A stretch of DNA of 64,000 nt. Source: Bdellovibrionales bacterium. GTDB lineage: Bacteria; Bdellovibrionota_C; UBA2361; SZUA-149; JAGRAN01. The translations under genes were made by a program, and so were the position numbers. The notes under the pieces were generated by a model. The model worked only from the letters and a program-made list of their open reading frames with translations, was not told the origin of the DNA and made no database searches. Location: contig JAGRAN010000007.1 in assembly GCA_020434585.1 (NCBI GenBank), positions 19,239-83,238 of the forward strand, in the 5' to 3' direction. Of the stretch, positions 9,021-19,251 are shown piece after piece. Within the stretch, counting starts at the first letter, position 1; every line of letters starts with the position of its first letter.

Positions 9021-9893
9021 TTAGCTGAAGCAAACAAAATCGAACTTGAAAATTAAGTCCGTAGTAATCCTCCAGCCATAAACATCATCATTGTTGAGCA
9101 CATCGAATTCCCAGCCGACACCACCATCCAGCCACTTCGCAAAGCGATATCTAAGACCAACACCCAGGTTCAAGGTGCTCTTGCCGTCCAGGTCACTCGC
9201 ACCGAAGTTAATTACGTCGGCACCTTCACCAGTGATTGGTATGCGCTCTCCTTCAGATAGAACATGAAAGAAATTCGCTTCGAAGACCGGATACAAATTT
9301 CCAATCGGGTAGTCAGCATGGAAGCTAACATCCCAAAATGTCGAGTCATCGCTATTAAACGGCAGTCGGAGCTGCGTAAATCCCATTAAATTGAAGTCAC
9401 CAGCAGCCATTGCTCCACTCAAAAATGGCGAAATAAGACCATCACCTTCTCCTTGAAATACTTCAGGGTCACCAGTTGCGATTTGGTATCTGAGTCCAGC
9501 TGTGGCGATGCTGCCTGCATCTTCATCCACGTAAAACGCGTACTTTAAGCCAGCTTCAAGGTTAGCGGAGCCTTCTGTATCAGGAAGAACCTGGTCGGGC
9601 TTGATGATCAAGTAACCGTCTTTCGTAGCAATCAGTCCTAAGCGGTCAGTTAGCGCCAAGCGCGCTTGCGCAGCAATTAACTGCACAGAACCTCCGCCGG
9701 TGGCAAAGTCGCTATCTAGGTCGTGATACACATATGCTGGCCTGACTTCTGTGGTAATTCTTGGGTCTTCAAATACAAGCGGATTATTTATCGGCGAAAT
9801 CATTCCATCCAAACGACTTCCCTCTGCAAGCACTCTGCCTGGCGCAAAGTAGACCGCAGCTACAATCAAAACTAGAATAAGTTTATGTTTCAT
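9021..9893 (-). CDS. Outer-membrane beta-barrel protein with signal peptide
   Basis: The start is taken at MKHKLILVLIVAAVYFAPGRVLA, a signal peptide, with AGGAGAGGGGA upstream. The body has alternating beta-strand composition and many Gly/Asp/Tyr residues. It may belong to the MetA-pathway/MipA-like OMP family, but that is not verified. Confidence 0.55.
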   Translation of the reverse strand: MKHKLILVLIVAAVYFAPGRVLAEGSRLDGMISPINNPLVFEDPRITTEVRPAYVYHDLDSDFATGGGSVQLIAAQARLALTDRLGLIATKDGYLIIKPDQVLPDTEGSANLEAGLKYAFYVDEDAGSIATAGLRYQIATGDPEVFQGEGDGLISPFLSGAMAAGDFNLMGFTQLRLPFNSDDSTFWDVSFHADYPIGNLYPVFEANFFHVLSEGERIPITGEGADVINFGASDLDGKSTLNLGVGLRYRFAKWLDGGVGWEFDVLNNDDVYGWRITTDLIFKFDFVCFS

Positions 9894-10188
9894 TTCCCCT
9901 CTCCTGACGTAGGCACACTTGCATGAAGCGTGGTGTATACAAGAAGCATTGAACGAAGTGAGGCAATAGATCCAGCCCATGTTTTATGGCTGCGGGCACC
10001 CACTCGCTTGCACTAATACTTTAAGAGATTCTTCAACTTCTATGCGCTTAGAACGATTGGCCGCTTAACAGGACGTTACCCGAAAATCACTTAAATGTTT
10101 TTTACAAGGTCAGCGATTGTTTTATTATGCGGCGTGCATAGTACTGAGGAAAGGTTACAACAATAAAAATTTCAAGTTTAACCGCCGC

Positions 10189-10617
10189 TCAGCGAACCCC
10201 CCAGCCCAAAGGCTGGTATCCTTTTTGGCGCAAGCAAATGTCTACGTAGCGGCGGAAGATTTCGTCCGGCTCACGATCGAAAAAATACCAAATGAACGCA
10301 CTCGTTGCTCCACCAGCGGCGCCTGCGGCCACTCCACGGCCAATGTTTCTATCCCAAATCGCAGATGTCACCGCACCGCCGGCAGCTCCAGCCGCGGCTC
10401 CACGGGTCGCGTTATAGCCTGCCTTCTGCGCTCGCGATTCGCCAATTGCATTTTGGTCTTTCGCGCGCTGCATGCATTCTTTGATATCTTCTTCGGCCTT
10501 GATCTGACCCACGTCCTTAAACTTCTCGTTGTCCATCAACACGGGCTTTTTGCTGCAGGCTGAAATGGCACCGCAGAAGACGACTAGGCCGGCAACGCAG
10601 AGCGTTTTGATTCTCAT
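10189..10617 (-). CDS. Lipoprotein with a glycine-zipper (GxxxG repeat) domain
   Basis: Lipobox LVVFCGAISAC. The motif GAAAGAAGGAVTSAIW...GVAAGAAGGATSAFIW resembles YMGG/glycine-zipper domains. Confidence 0.6.
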   Translation of the reverse strand: MRIKTLCVAGLVVFCGAISACSKKPVLMDNEKFKDVGQIKAEEDIKECMQRAKDQNAIGESRAQKAGYNATRGAAAGAAGGAVTSAIWDRNIGRGVAAGAAGGATSAFIWYFFDREPDEIFRRYVDICLRQKGYQPLGWGVR

Positions 10618-10808
10618 TGGCTCAGCTCCCTGATTGAGGCAAAATTTGACAGCAATTATAAGATCTTACTCGGGCAGCCAGCAAAAAACACTACTAGCCA
10701 CTGTGCTTTGTTACTATTCTAGCGTACTCCGGGAAGTTAATAACTTAAACTCCTACACCACAGAGCAGGGTGTTTCGGCGATCCATGCCTTTTGGTAGCA
10801 ATGTTTAC

Positions 10809-12197
10809 ATGAACCGCTTACATCTGATGTTTCTCGCAGCTTTTATTGTTTCGATACTGCTGACTGCTGGCAGTGCCAATGCGGTCGATGTCATGGAGTG
10901 GAATAGTGACAGTTCGCCTGAATCTCCCGCTAAGCTGAGCCTTGAGACAATAGTTCGCCGCAAGCACGCAGCCATAAGCGTAGCCGGAATGATAGGAGGC
11001 GCCGAAGACAGCACAGATTACTATCTTGTTCGCAGAGCTTTTGAAAGGCCAGGTGTTATCACGGTTGGGATTGTTAGCGGGAATGACGTAACCCCTTACA
11101 ATATTGAAGTACAGAGCAAGTCCGACAAATCAATCGTGTCTTTTAAAGAAGTTTACGGCAATAAGCTCTTCCACCTGAACTCTTTAGGCGATTTCATCCT
11201 AAAAATTACTGTAGCTGAAACCAATATCCTCCTGCCTTATGCCCTATCAATTGAGCAAACCGTTCCAGAATTTTTCGCTGCGGACTCTGAATCGGACAAT
11301 CGCAGCGATCGCTCAATCTTAAATCAGCGCTACGAACAAAGCCCACTGCGCGAGGGTCTGAGGGATGTCGGTGAATCTGCACGCAGCGCCAAACGAGTAA
11401 ACATGCGTAGCGACCTCGAACCGGAAAGCAAAGCGCGCTTTGCCGTCGTTGAAGGGTTTCTTCAGAATCCCAGCGATGTCGACATGTATTTCGTCTCACA
11501 AAAGTTTAAACCGCATACTCATCTTACTTTTTGGGTTGAAAGCCCTAACGCAACGGTCACTATCTTTTTGAAAGACTCGGATACTGCATTGATTGACGAT
11601 AGTATTGTGCAGGGTCGAAAGAAAATGGATGTTGTAGTCGGCGACCGTCTTTATCTTAAGATCGGTGCCGGCCCAGGCGCCGAAGGAACTATCCCTTACG
11701 CTTTTAAGATCTGGATGTATCCCCCAGATGGCGGAATGCGCAGAGACGCCGGTCATACCCACAAAACAGCCCTGCCGTTCGATGCGAAAAAATTCGCAAC
11801 AAACGAGGTAGAACGGAGCACCATAATTAGAGGCCGCGTTGGTTTAAGTGATAAAGTCGATGGCTATCGCTGGAATCCGGCAGCGCCGTCATATCTTCAG
11901 GTTGCCGCCTTTAGCTCGCCTGCAGAAGGTCTGGAGTCGTATTCGTTAATCGACGCAGTGACTGGCAAAACGATCGCCGAATATAATCCGATCAAAGACT
12001 CAGCCGTACCGCACAAGCCATTTATCGAAGCGTACGTTTCCAGTCCCGTCTTTATTAAGTTAGCTGCGTCGGACATCGTGCATAGTGGAGTTTCATACGC
12101 CCTTTCGATCCGCGAAGTTAATCTACCCCGCTTGAACGCACCCGACAAAGTGGTTCCTAAAGATTATAGTTTTTTCAAAGCGCCCAAGCAGCCGTAG
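10809..12197 (+). CDS. Secreted hypothetical protein
   Basis: The signal peptide MNRLHLMFLAAFIVSILLTAGSANA starts at an internal Met of ORF 10770..12197. I recognise no family. Confidence 0.5.
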   Translation: MNRLHLMFLAAFIVSILLTAGSANAVDVMEWNSDSSPESPAKLSLETIVRRKHAAISVAGMIGGAEDSTDYYLVRRAFERPGVITVGIVSGNDVTPYNIEVQSKSDKSIVSFKEVYGNKLFHLNSLGDFILKITVAETNILLPYALSIEQTVPEFFAADSESDNRSDRSILNQRYEQSPLREGLRDVGESARSAKRVNMRSDLEPESKARFAVVEGFLQNPSDVDMYFVSQKFKPHTHLTFWVESPNATVTIFLKDSDTALIDDSIVQGRKKMDVVVGDRLYLKIGAGPGAEGTIPYAFKIWMYPPDGGMRRDAGHTHKTALPFDAKKFATNEVERSTIIRGRVGLSDKVDGYRWNPAAPSYLQVAAFSSPAEGLESYSLIDAVTGKTIAEYNPIKDSAVPHKPFIEAYVSSPVFIKLAASDIVHSGVSYALSIREVNLPRLNAPDKVVPKDYSFFKAPKQP

Positions 12198-12203
12198 ACG
12201 GGC

Positions 12204-12893
12204 TCACAAACCTGGAGACAGGTCTGCGCTCGGAGGGACTGTTGTTAGGCTCGCACCAGGACGTGCGTATCTCGCCCTCAAGGCAACCTCTAGCGTGAAG
12301 CCGTGCGTCTGAAGCCATTTGGTTTGATGACAATACTCTTTTTCCAACTGTTCTACTTTGTCCAAACCATTATGCAGCTTCTGCATTAGGTCTTCCTGGG
12401 TGGTGTCATAAGTGTGAAAAAGTTTGGCTTGGCCTGCATTGATCGAATCTGGGTCATTGCTTGACTCAAGCGCTGAAGCGGCTGCACCGGCGGACGCCAT
12501 CATAATCTTGCGCAGACGGAATTTTTCCATAGTTACGTAGTAAACGCGGTAGTTCTGCTCAAGCTGATTAAAGATTTGCTTTATGAAATCGTCGACCTCC
12601 TGCAGCTGTTCGGAGCACTCATCGACCGAAACACAACAGGACTCCATCTGCGGAACGTCGACCGTCAACGCATCAACCTGCATCTCGACACCTTGAAGTG
12701 ATTCATAAAAGGACTGGGCTAACGCAGCCCAATCAGCGGTTTGCGATAATACGTTGTTCGCACTACCGACCGTACCATAGTGATCCTGGGCATCATTAAA
12801 AGCAGCCCCCCACCCACCGTCATCCGCTAAAACGCGACTGCTATTGCCCGCTATCAGCAGCGCAGCGAGTAACCATACTCGTGCATTTTTCAT
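12204..12893 (-). CDS. Secreted hypothetical protein
   Basis: Signal peptide MKNARVWLLAALLIAGNSSRVLA. The Cys cluster CCVSVDEC and the overall composition are protein-like. Confidence 0.5.
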   Translation of the reverse strand: MKNARVWLLAALLIAGNSSRVLADDGGWGAAFNDAQDHYGTVGSANNVLSQTADWAALAQSFYESLQGVEMQVDALTVDVPQMESCCVSVDECSEQLQEVDDFIKQIFNQLEQNYRVYYVTMEKFRLRKIMMASAGAAASALESSNDPDSINAGQAKLFHTYDTTQEDLMQKLHNGLDKVEQLEKEYCHQTKWLQTHGFTLEVALRARYARPGASLTTVPPSADLSPGL

Positions 12894-13095
12894 TGGATCA
12901 TCCTAAGAACACAGCTCGATTGAACTCGAGGATATAATCGCAATTTGTCAGATCTTTGACAATCCTTGCATAGAAGTCGAGGAGTTCCCTTACGCCAGAC
13001 CAGGAATTGCTTTCAGATCAAAGTTTTCCCTGCTAAGTATTACCTCAATATCTGTAACAATAGATTTACGCACCTTTGCTTTAGCAAGCTCTGCA

Positions 13096-13500
13096 ATGAA
13101 AATATTAATCGTCGACGATGACAAACCTGTCTCGGCCCTTCTCCAAACCCTGTTAAAAGCTTACGGGGAGACCCAAGTTGCTTACGACGGTTCAGAAGCA
13201 ATTCAAAAGTTTAGTGAAGCCCTCGATCATAATCAGCCCTTCAGCCTCGTTTGTCTCGACGTTATGATGCCGAACATCAGCGGTGTTCAAGCACTGCAGC
13301 TAATGCGAGAAGAGGAGCGCAGTAGGCAGATCAGTAGTACAGACGCATCAAAGGTCGTAATCGTGTCCGTAGTTGACGATAAAGAAATTGTCGAAGGAAT
13401 GATGAGGGATGGGGCCGATGCCTATTTATCCAAAGACGAAGCAATGTCAAAGCTCCCCGACACATTAGCCGACTTGGGCTTTAATCCGCTTGCTAAATAG
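13096..13500 (+). CDS. Stand-alone response-regulator receiver domain (CheY-like)
   Basis: KILIVDDD...LVCLDVMMP...VSVVDDKE carries the acidic pocket and phospho-acceptor Asp pattern of REC domains. The protein is 134 aa with no output domain. Confidence 0.85.
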   Translation: MKILIVDDDKPVSALLQTLLKAYGETQVAYDGSEAIQKFSEALDHNQPFSLVCLDVMMPNISGVQALQLMREEERSRQISSTDASKVVIVSVVDDKEIVEGMMRDGADAYLSKDEAMSKLPDTLADLGFNPLAK

Positions 13501-13520
13501 AACTAGCAATTAAAGGGAAG

Positions 13521-13555
13521 CAGCGGACCCGTGATCGTGATCAACGGGCCCGCTG
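13521..13555. terminator. Hairpin between convergent genes (CAGCGGACCCG ... CGGGCCCGCTG)
   Basis: The two arms pair at 10 of 11 positions around a palindromic loop. There is no U-tract on either side. Confidence 0.3.
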
Positions 13556-13600
13556 CAGAGGCTCTTGCAGTAACGCTTAAGCCTACTTGCGACTCGCAGC

Positions 13601-14518
13601 TCAGGCCGCGACAGCTTCCAGCATGTAGCTGGTGCCGATCTTCTTGCGCCAGCGCTCGGACTCGGCAATGACCTCAGCCATGCCGCCGGACTGGATCAGC
13701 GCCGAGAAGCCCTCAGCGAAGCGATCGAACAGGCCGCGATCTCGCGCGTACTTGAAGAACGAGACAGCGAACTCGCCGTCGGCGAGCAAGCGCTCCGGAT
13801 CCAGGTACACATCCTCGCGGATGTACGGACCGAAGATGCGACGAACGGGACGACACTCGAAGCCAGCGTCCTCGAGCAGCGCGATCACGAGTTCCAGCCG
13901 GGGGTACTGCTCGGCGTAGAGAGTCCCCGGGTCTTCCGCGACGTCAAGTCCCGCATGCTGACCTGCCCACTGGTAGTAGCGCGACTTGCGCGACTGGGTG
14001 GGCGTAGTCGAGACGATGCAGAGCGAACCGCCGGTGACGATCTTCTTGCGCAGCCGACTGAGAACGGCTTCGGTGCGCGGGTGCAGCTTGTTGCCGCGGT
14101 CGAAGTGGTGGATGCACTCGACGAGGGTTGCGATGTGAATCGAACCGTCGTCTACCGGCACATCCTCCGCAACGAGGTCCGTCTGATGCACCCCGCGCAA
14201 AACCCCGAAGGGTTCCACTTTCGAGCGGGCCTGCACCAGCATCTCATCGAAGAGGTCCACCAGGTGGACGCCTCCGATCATCGAACCCGACTCACGCCAG
14301 TGGCCGAGCATCCGCTCTTCGTAGTTGCCTGTGCCGCATCCGGCAGCAAGCAGCTGAAGCGCGCCGAGGTCCAGGCCGAGCCGCTGTGCCGTACTCTGGC
14401 ACGAGTCGACCAAATGCCTGAATCCCATCGGCTGGCGGAACTCATCGTAGCGGGAGCCGGTCTGCGCGTAGTCGTTCACGGCAGAACCGAGTGGGGCTGT
14501 GGTTGTGGAATCGTTCAA
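13601..14518 (-). CDS. Class I SAM-dependent methyltransferase on a GC-rich island
   Basis: The motif LLAAGCGTGN is a Gly-rich SAM-binding motif I, and GC3 is very high. The ORF track extends to 14647, but codons 1-43 lie in ordinary-GC DNA that also contains a long hairpin. The in-frame TTG at 14518, with an AGGTAGG-like Shine-Dalgarno, is at the composition boundary and is a more plausible start. Start confidence is low. Confidence 0.55.
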   Translation of the reverse strand: MNDSTTTAPLGSAVNDYAQTGSRYDEFRQPMGFRHLVDSCQSTAQRLGLDLGALQLLAAGCGTGNYEERMLGHWRESGSMIGGVHLVDLFDEMLVQARSKVEPFGVLRGVHQTDLVAEDVPVDDGSIHIATLVECIHHFDRGNKLHPRTEAVLSRLRKKIVTGGSLCIVSTTPTQSRKSRYYQWAGQHAGLDVAEDPGTLYAEQYPRLELVIALLEDAGFECRPVRRIFGPYIREDVYLDPERLLADGEFAVSFFKYARDRGLFDRFAEGFSALIQSGGMAEVIAESERWRKKIGTSYMLEAVAA

Positions 14519-14853
14519 GAACCTACCTAACCTTTCGTGTTGTGGTGTTGGGAACCGAAAAACGTACGAGTCTAGAGTCGCTCGATAGGCAACCTCCTTC
14601 CTGTATGGTGACTGGGAAAACGAGCACTTCGTACAAGCGACGACCACAAGGTCACCGCGCGAACGAAGTGCTCAGAAAAATAGTCCTTTGAAAGAGCCGG
14701 CGCGAATCTATCCACTGCAAAGCACTCGGATCAAGGCGCATTTTGCCGATTAACCAACTTCAAACAAACGTGTATTTGCTTCTTAACACGGCAGTTGCTA
14801 AACGATTTCATCCGAAGCCTATTGAACGCTAACCTCTACTAGATAAACCCTGG

Positions 14854-15291
14854 ATGAACCCTGCAAATTTTTACGCAACTGCGAACTTTACCTGCGAAGC
14901 CTGCAACCCCCCTCACGTCGATCGCCAAGACGGCGGACACATAGTGATCCACCCGAAGCGTCCCGTAGAGCACCGTTGGGAGCTGGATACTGCGGAAGCT
15001 CATGAACTAGTTGAGCTCTCAATGCGTCTCGGGAAAGCCATGCTGAGCGGACTCAATCAGCGCGGCATTCCGGTAGAGCGAATAAATTTTCAAGACAACG
15101 GCAACTGGGCGATCGGTGAAGGGCGCAAGCCGACTATGCATCTTCATCTCTATGGAAGGTCACGCAACTCTGTGCATCAGACTCACGGGGAAGCCTTGCT
15201 TTTCCCAAAACGAGAAACAAAATTTTGGAAAACGCTTGAGCCGCTGAATGAAGTCGATCTCGCCGCGATCCTCGCACAGCTTAACCTCTAG
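14854..15291 (+). CDS. HIT-family (histidine triad) hydrolase
   Basis: MHLHLYGR is an H-phi-H-phi-H-phi-phi histidine triad. GGHIVIHPKRPV resembles the HIT nucleotide-binding region. Confidence 0.6.
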   Translation: MNPANFYATANFTCEACNPPHVDRQDGGHIVIHPKRPVEHRWELDTAEAHELVELSMRLGKAMLSGLNQRGIPVERINFQDNGNWAIGEGRKPTMHLHLYGRSRNSVHQTHGEALLFPKRETKFWKTLEPLNEVDLAAILAQLNL

Positions 15292-15767
15292 CGACTGCCG
15301 ACTTGCCCCTACGTATATTCGCGCGCTGAGCAACCGAAACTTGGTAAATAATCCCTTATTCTTTGCGAATTTGCTGTGCAATAAAACACGTAAAATTAGG
15401 GGTCGATCGGTCTCTCTGTTCGTAGGCAATTGCAATCCCATATACGTGCCAAACAGCCCCGAGAGCCGATTAAAGGGTGTTTACACGTTTCACAACGCCA
15501 ACATTACAAGATATTTTACTAGCAGATGTCCTTGAGCGATGACGCAGATTGTGCAAATTTGCCTATATTCATAGGATCAACGACAATTTGGCAGGTTTGG
15601 CTCGCATCGATTTTTTGGCCGCCGGAGCCATTACGGACGGTGACCGACGCGAACAAAGATGCTAGCTATATAAGCGTTAACCGCTATCTGGTTTGCGGCC
15701 CTTAGCGTAGTGTATTACATTTCGTTAAGCTGTGTTTGTATAAAATATTCTTAGAAAAGAGGGTACT

Positions 15768-16112
15768 ATGGCGAGAGCAAAAAGAAGACAGGTAAAAGGT
15801 ATAAAGAAGGCGATGACAAAGTCTCAAGTGCTTTCTGAAATCGCAGAAGGTACCGAACTCACGAAGAAAGAAGTTGCAGCAGTTTTCAGCGAACTCGAAC
15901 ACGTGATTGAGCGCCACATCAAAAAAGGCTCTGTCGGCAATTTCAGCATCCCGGGTATTTTGAAAATTAAGACTATCAAAAAGCCTGCTCGCAAAGCTCG
16001 CAAGAACGTCCCGAACCCATTTAAGCCGGGTGAGCTAATGGACATCAAAGCCAAGCCTGCTAGCATCCGCGTTAAGTGTCTTCCACTGAAGAAACTTAAG
16101 GACATGGTTTAA
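15768..16112 (+). CDS. HU/IHF-family nucleoid DNA-binding protein with a Lys/Arg-rich N-terminal extension
   Basis: MTKSQVLSEIAEGTELTKKEVAAVFSELEHVI...GNFSIPGILKIKTIKKPARKARKNVPNPFKPGE is HU-like, including the DNA-binding arm. AGAGGG lies 6 nt before ATG 15768. Confidence 0.8.
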   Translation: MARAKRRQVKGIKKAMTKSQVLSEIAEGTELTKKEVAAVFSELEHVIERHIKKGSVGNFSIPGILKIKTIKKPARKARKNVPNPFKPGELMDIKAKPASIRVKCLPLKKLKDMV

Positions 16113-16128
16113 TAAACCTGCCCACTTG

Positions 16129-16156
16129 GAGGCGTTGCTACGCTGCAGCGCCTCCA
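16129..16156. terminator. Hairpin between convergent HU and dehydrogenase genes
   Basis: GGAGGCGTTGC ... GCAGCGCCTCC pairs at 10 of 11 positions. No U-tract. Confidence 0.3.
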
Positions 16157-16183
16157 TCGCTTCACCAACAATACCCGAAAATC

Positions 16184-17134
16184 CTAAACTTGAGCTTCTC
16201 TTGCCAGTTCGTTGAGCTGACTTGCTAGCTGTTTGAGGCGAACTTGCTGCATATCAAACGAGTGGCCGCCTCTGTGAGGACTCATAATCACGTTCGATAA
16301 GCTTTGATAGTCGAGTTGCGACGGCAGAGTCGAGGCTATCTCTTCCTCGCTTTCCGGATATTGATACCAAACATCGATTCCGGCACGCAGCCTGCCGCGG
16401 CTCAACTGTTCAAACAGGGCAGACTCATCGATAACCTGTCCACGAGCGATATTCACCACAATTGCTCCATTTGGTAGCAGTGAAAGCTCTCTGTGCCCGA
16501 TAATGCCCTGCGTCTGTGGGGTGCCGGGAACGGCTAGGATAAGCGCGGCCAGTGCAGGCAGATGCGATAGAAGGTCATCATTTCGGTATTGGCCTGGCTC
16601 AGGGTGCCGCCTAAAAATCTCTACTTCCATTCCGAGAGCAGTTAGAGCGCGTTCTATTCGAGAACCGATATGTCCATAGCCGAGAACTCCGGCCCGCTTT
16701 CCTGCAAGAGTTATTGAGTCCGACGGAACTTTATAACGCGATGACCAGTCTCCTCGGCGGATTTCGGAATCGATGGGCACTAGCAGCTTTGCTGCCGCCA
16801 GGAGAAGTGCCAGCGCCATTTCGGCGGTTGGCTCAGCATTGAAGTGGCAAGTCTGCACTGCCAGCCCAGGGAAATTGTTAAGCAAGACTTGTGTGGCTTC
16901 TCGGATCCCCGCGGTTGGAACAATTAAGGTTTTTAAATTCTCGTGAGCTAGAAGTTCGGTGCTTGGCTTCGTGCTTACTAAAACATCGAATGCCACAGGA
17001 GGATCGAGCGAAACGCAGAGCTCCACCTTGTCAGAAACAAAATTCTTCAACTGCTGGATGTCTTCGTCGGAGGTAATTAGATTCAGGTACTGCCTGTCTC
17101 GCGGTCGACCAAGCGGGACAAATACTCGCAGCAT
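16184..17134 (-). CDS. D-isomer-specific 2-hydroxyacid dehydrogenase family (NAD-binding)
   Basis: GVLGYGHIGSRI is a GxGxxG Rossmann motif. The domain order and His/Arg/Glu catalytic-region pattern are typical of the D-2-hydroxyacid dehydrogenase family. Confidence 0.85.
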   Translation of the reverse strand: MLRVFVPLGRPRDRQYLNLITSDEDIQQLKNFVSDKVELCVSLDPPVAFDVLVSTKPSTELLAHENLKTLIVPTAGIREATQVLLNNFPGLAVQTCHFNAEPTAEMALALLLAAAKLLVPIDSEIRRGDWSSRYKVPSDSITLAGKRAGVLGYGHIGSRIERALTALGMEVEIFRRHPEPGQYRNDDLLSHLPALAALILAVPGTPQTQGIIGHRELSLLPNGAIVVNIARGQVIDESALFEQLSRGRLRAGIDVWYQYPESEEEIASTLPSQLDYQSLSNVIMSPHRGGHSFDMQQVRLKQLASQLNELAREAQV

Positions 17135-18864
17135 TAGGGATATCCTCCAACTTTCTTCATCTGCGGCAGGGCTATTTGGAGCTCTGTGTCGATATCCTTT
17201 TCCGGCGGAAAAAGATAATGCATTCCACTTATTCGCTTCAAAAAGCGCACATAATCGCGATTCTCTACCAACAAATCTAAAACCAAATCCAAGGAAGGCC
17301 CTTCATCCATGAGGCGGAGCCAGGCATCGCGAATAGCAATATCTAGCGCCCTAAGCACAGGCGGATTCTCCTGCATTTTCTTACTAGCGAAGCAAATTGT
17401 ATCGATATTGCTCATTTCGCTAGCTATATCTTCGAATATGACGCTGTTGCCAAAGATCTTGGTCAAAGTGTGGTGTGGCCACCACATTATCGCGCGCAGT
17501 TCCGGATCGCCACTTCTGAATGCTGAAGTTACCTCATGAGGCTCCATGTTGAGCACGTCGACTCTGCCTTCATAGAAAAAGCCTTCTTCAGCCAGGGAGT
17601 TAAAGTAATACTGAGGTGAAGTAGGCTGATCATTCATAAACAAATAGGTACCGTAACGCGGGGCATCTTCTGCATAAATATTTCCAGCAGGAGCCGCGAT
17701 TCGATAGGTAATCCGGGGCATGAGCATTAAAGGTGAAAAGCCTGTTTTTTCGCCTAGCCCTATCAGCCCAGCAGCCGGGCCAATCGCCATAAACATAACG
17801 TCCGGTTCCGGATCTAGTTGGCCAAGCCGGAGTTCGTTGAGCAGCATCCGAGAATGCGAGTATCCAAACGTAATGTCCAGATTAATACCATTAATAAACT
17901 TGATATAATACAGCAGTGACAAAGTTGTAATTTCGACGACAGGCACATAGCAGCGAATAGGTGCGTCGTCAGGGCCGGGTAGTAAAGACTGACCGTTGCG
18001 CGAAACTCCAAGGCGATCAGCGGACAACAAACCCCTGTCTATGTCACTTACAATCGGTGTATCAGCATACGGTCCTGTTAAGTCTCTATATGTCTGATTA
18101 CCCTTTATGCGGGCTTCCGCCTTATCAAGATCCCACCTATTGAAGATGTTCGTCGAATACAGCATTGACAACACTTCGCTTCGAAAAATTGCCTTGAGCT
18201 GATCGCGATTGTGCTGATCTCTAAACGGAAACGGAAGAGGTCCGCGTACTTGCTGCTCGTCTAAAAATTTTCTCGCGCTAATTAGAGGAGCAGCAGCGCG
18301 ACGACTGTGATCTACCCTCTTCGGAGATTCGCTAGATTCGACCTTCGGCTTTTTCTGAGACTTAACTGATTGGGACATCTCACGTAGACGTTCCGGATCC
18401 GTGCATAGCTCGTTCTCCACAAAAATCTTAATTCCATCTGGCGCAATGAGGGAAGGATTGAAAGATACTTCCGCAGGGCCACTGCGTCGAAGTTCCGGGT
18501 TGCTACGCTTAAAAATTTGCCTGCACAATGGTCGTCCCGAGGCATCTTCGCCAAAAAGCTCGTGCAGCCAATTAGTGTTCTTTCCTATCGCGTAATCGAG
18601 GCTTGCTGCCCCGGAGCCCCTAGTTCCGCTGATAACCACTTTTTGCGATGTGCCGCGAGCGGATATCTCCGCGCACTCGATTCCAAGAACCGTTAACGCT
18701 TGAACAGCCGACGACCACCTAAACGATCCCGCGCCAAAATACGCACCGGAGGTATTGCCTCGAGCAGAAATTCTGGGTTCACCGTTAACACTGTCGATAA
18801 ATTCAATCTTATAAACTTCGGGATTTAATCCGTCTGTCATCCAGAATTTAAGTGAAGCGCTCAT
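17134..18864 (-). CDS. Hypothetical cytoplasmic protein; the C-terminal half looks like a periplasmic-binding-protein (NMT1/TAXI/PhnD-like) fold
   Basis: 576 aa with no signal peptide. GNTSGAYFGAGSF and the C-terminal half loosely resemble substrate-binding folds. The family call is weak. Its stop overlaps the start of the gene downstream on the minus strand (ATGA). Confidence 0.45.
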   Translation of the reverse strand: MSASLKFWMTDGLNPEVYKIEFIDSVNGEPRISARGNTSGAYFGAGSFRWSSAVQALTVLGIECAEISARGTSQKVVISGTRGSGAASLDYAIGKNTNWLHELFGEDASGRPLCRQIFKRSNPELRRSGPAEVSFNPSLIAPDGIKIFVENELCTDPERLREMSQSVKSQKKPKVESSESPKRVDHSRRAAAPLISARKFLDEQQVRGPLPFPFRDQHNRDQLKAIFRSEVLSMLYSTNIFNRWDLDKAEARIKGNQTYRDLTGPYADTPIVSDIDRGLLSADRLGVSRNGQSLLPGPDDAPIRCYVPVVEITTLSLLYYIKFINGINLDITFGYSHSRMLLNELRLGQLDPEPDVMFMAIGPAAGLIGLGEKTGFSPLMLMPRITYRIAAPAGNIYAEDAPRYGTYLFMNDQPTSPQYYFNSLAEEGFFYEGRVDVLNMEPHEVTSAFRSGDPELRAIMWWPHHTLTKIFGNSVIFEDIASEMSNIDTICFASKKMQENPPVLRALDIAIRDAWLRLMDEGPSLDLVLDLLVENRDYVRFLKRISGMHYLFPPEKDIDTELQIALPQMKKVGGYP

Positions 18865-19251
18865 AACGACAAGTCCGCTCTATCTACAGTAAAAAATCAA
18901 CTCCGCCCGACCGCTCGTTTCCAACGGCGAGCCTTTCGTTCGCTAAACAACGCTAGTCCTTATTACATTTTACCGAATAAATAAATAGAGAATTATTACT
19001 TTTTATTCAATGTCTCTTTTGCTGTGTTAAATTAACCAGTTATGGACATACAATGTCCTGAAATTTTATCGGCTCGGTGTGGTATTTTAAAATGCATGAG
19101 TAAATTAAAGGGCGCGGGAGGGGAGCACCGAAACATCTCCTGCACAACGAGTCGAAGCAGTAAAATGGCAGTATGTGATGTAATATTAGATACTTACGTC
19201 GCAAACGGCGTTTTGGGGAAGTCTACGATTAGCAACAATTTGCATACGAAT

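Noticed and set aside
10201-10226. Hairpin CCAGCC-caaa-GGCTGG followed by a T-run, terminator-like
   Set aside because: It lies inside the 3' coding end of the lipoprotein gene on the opposite strand, and no plus-strand gene is upstream of it.
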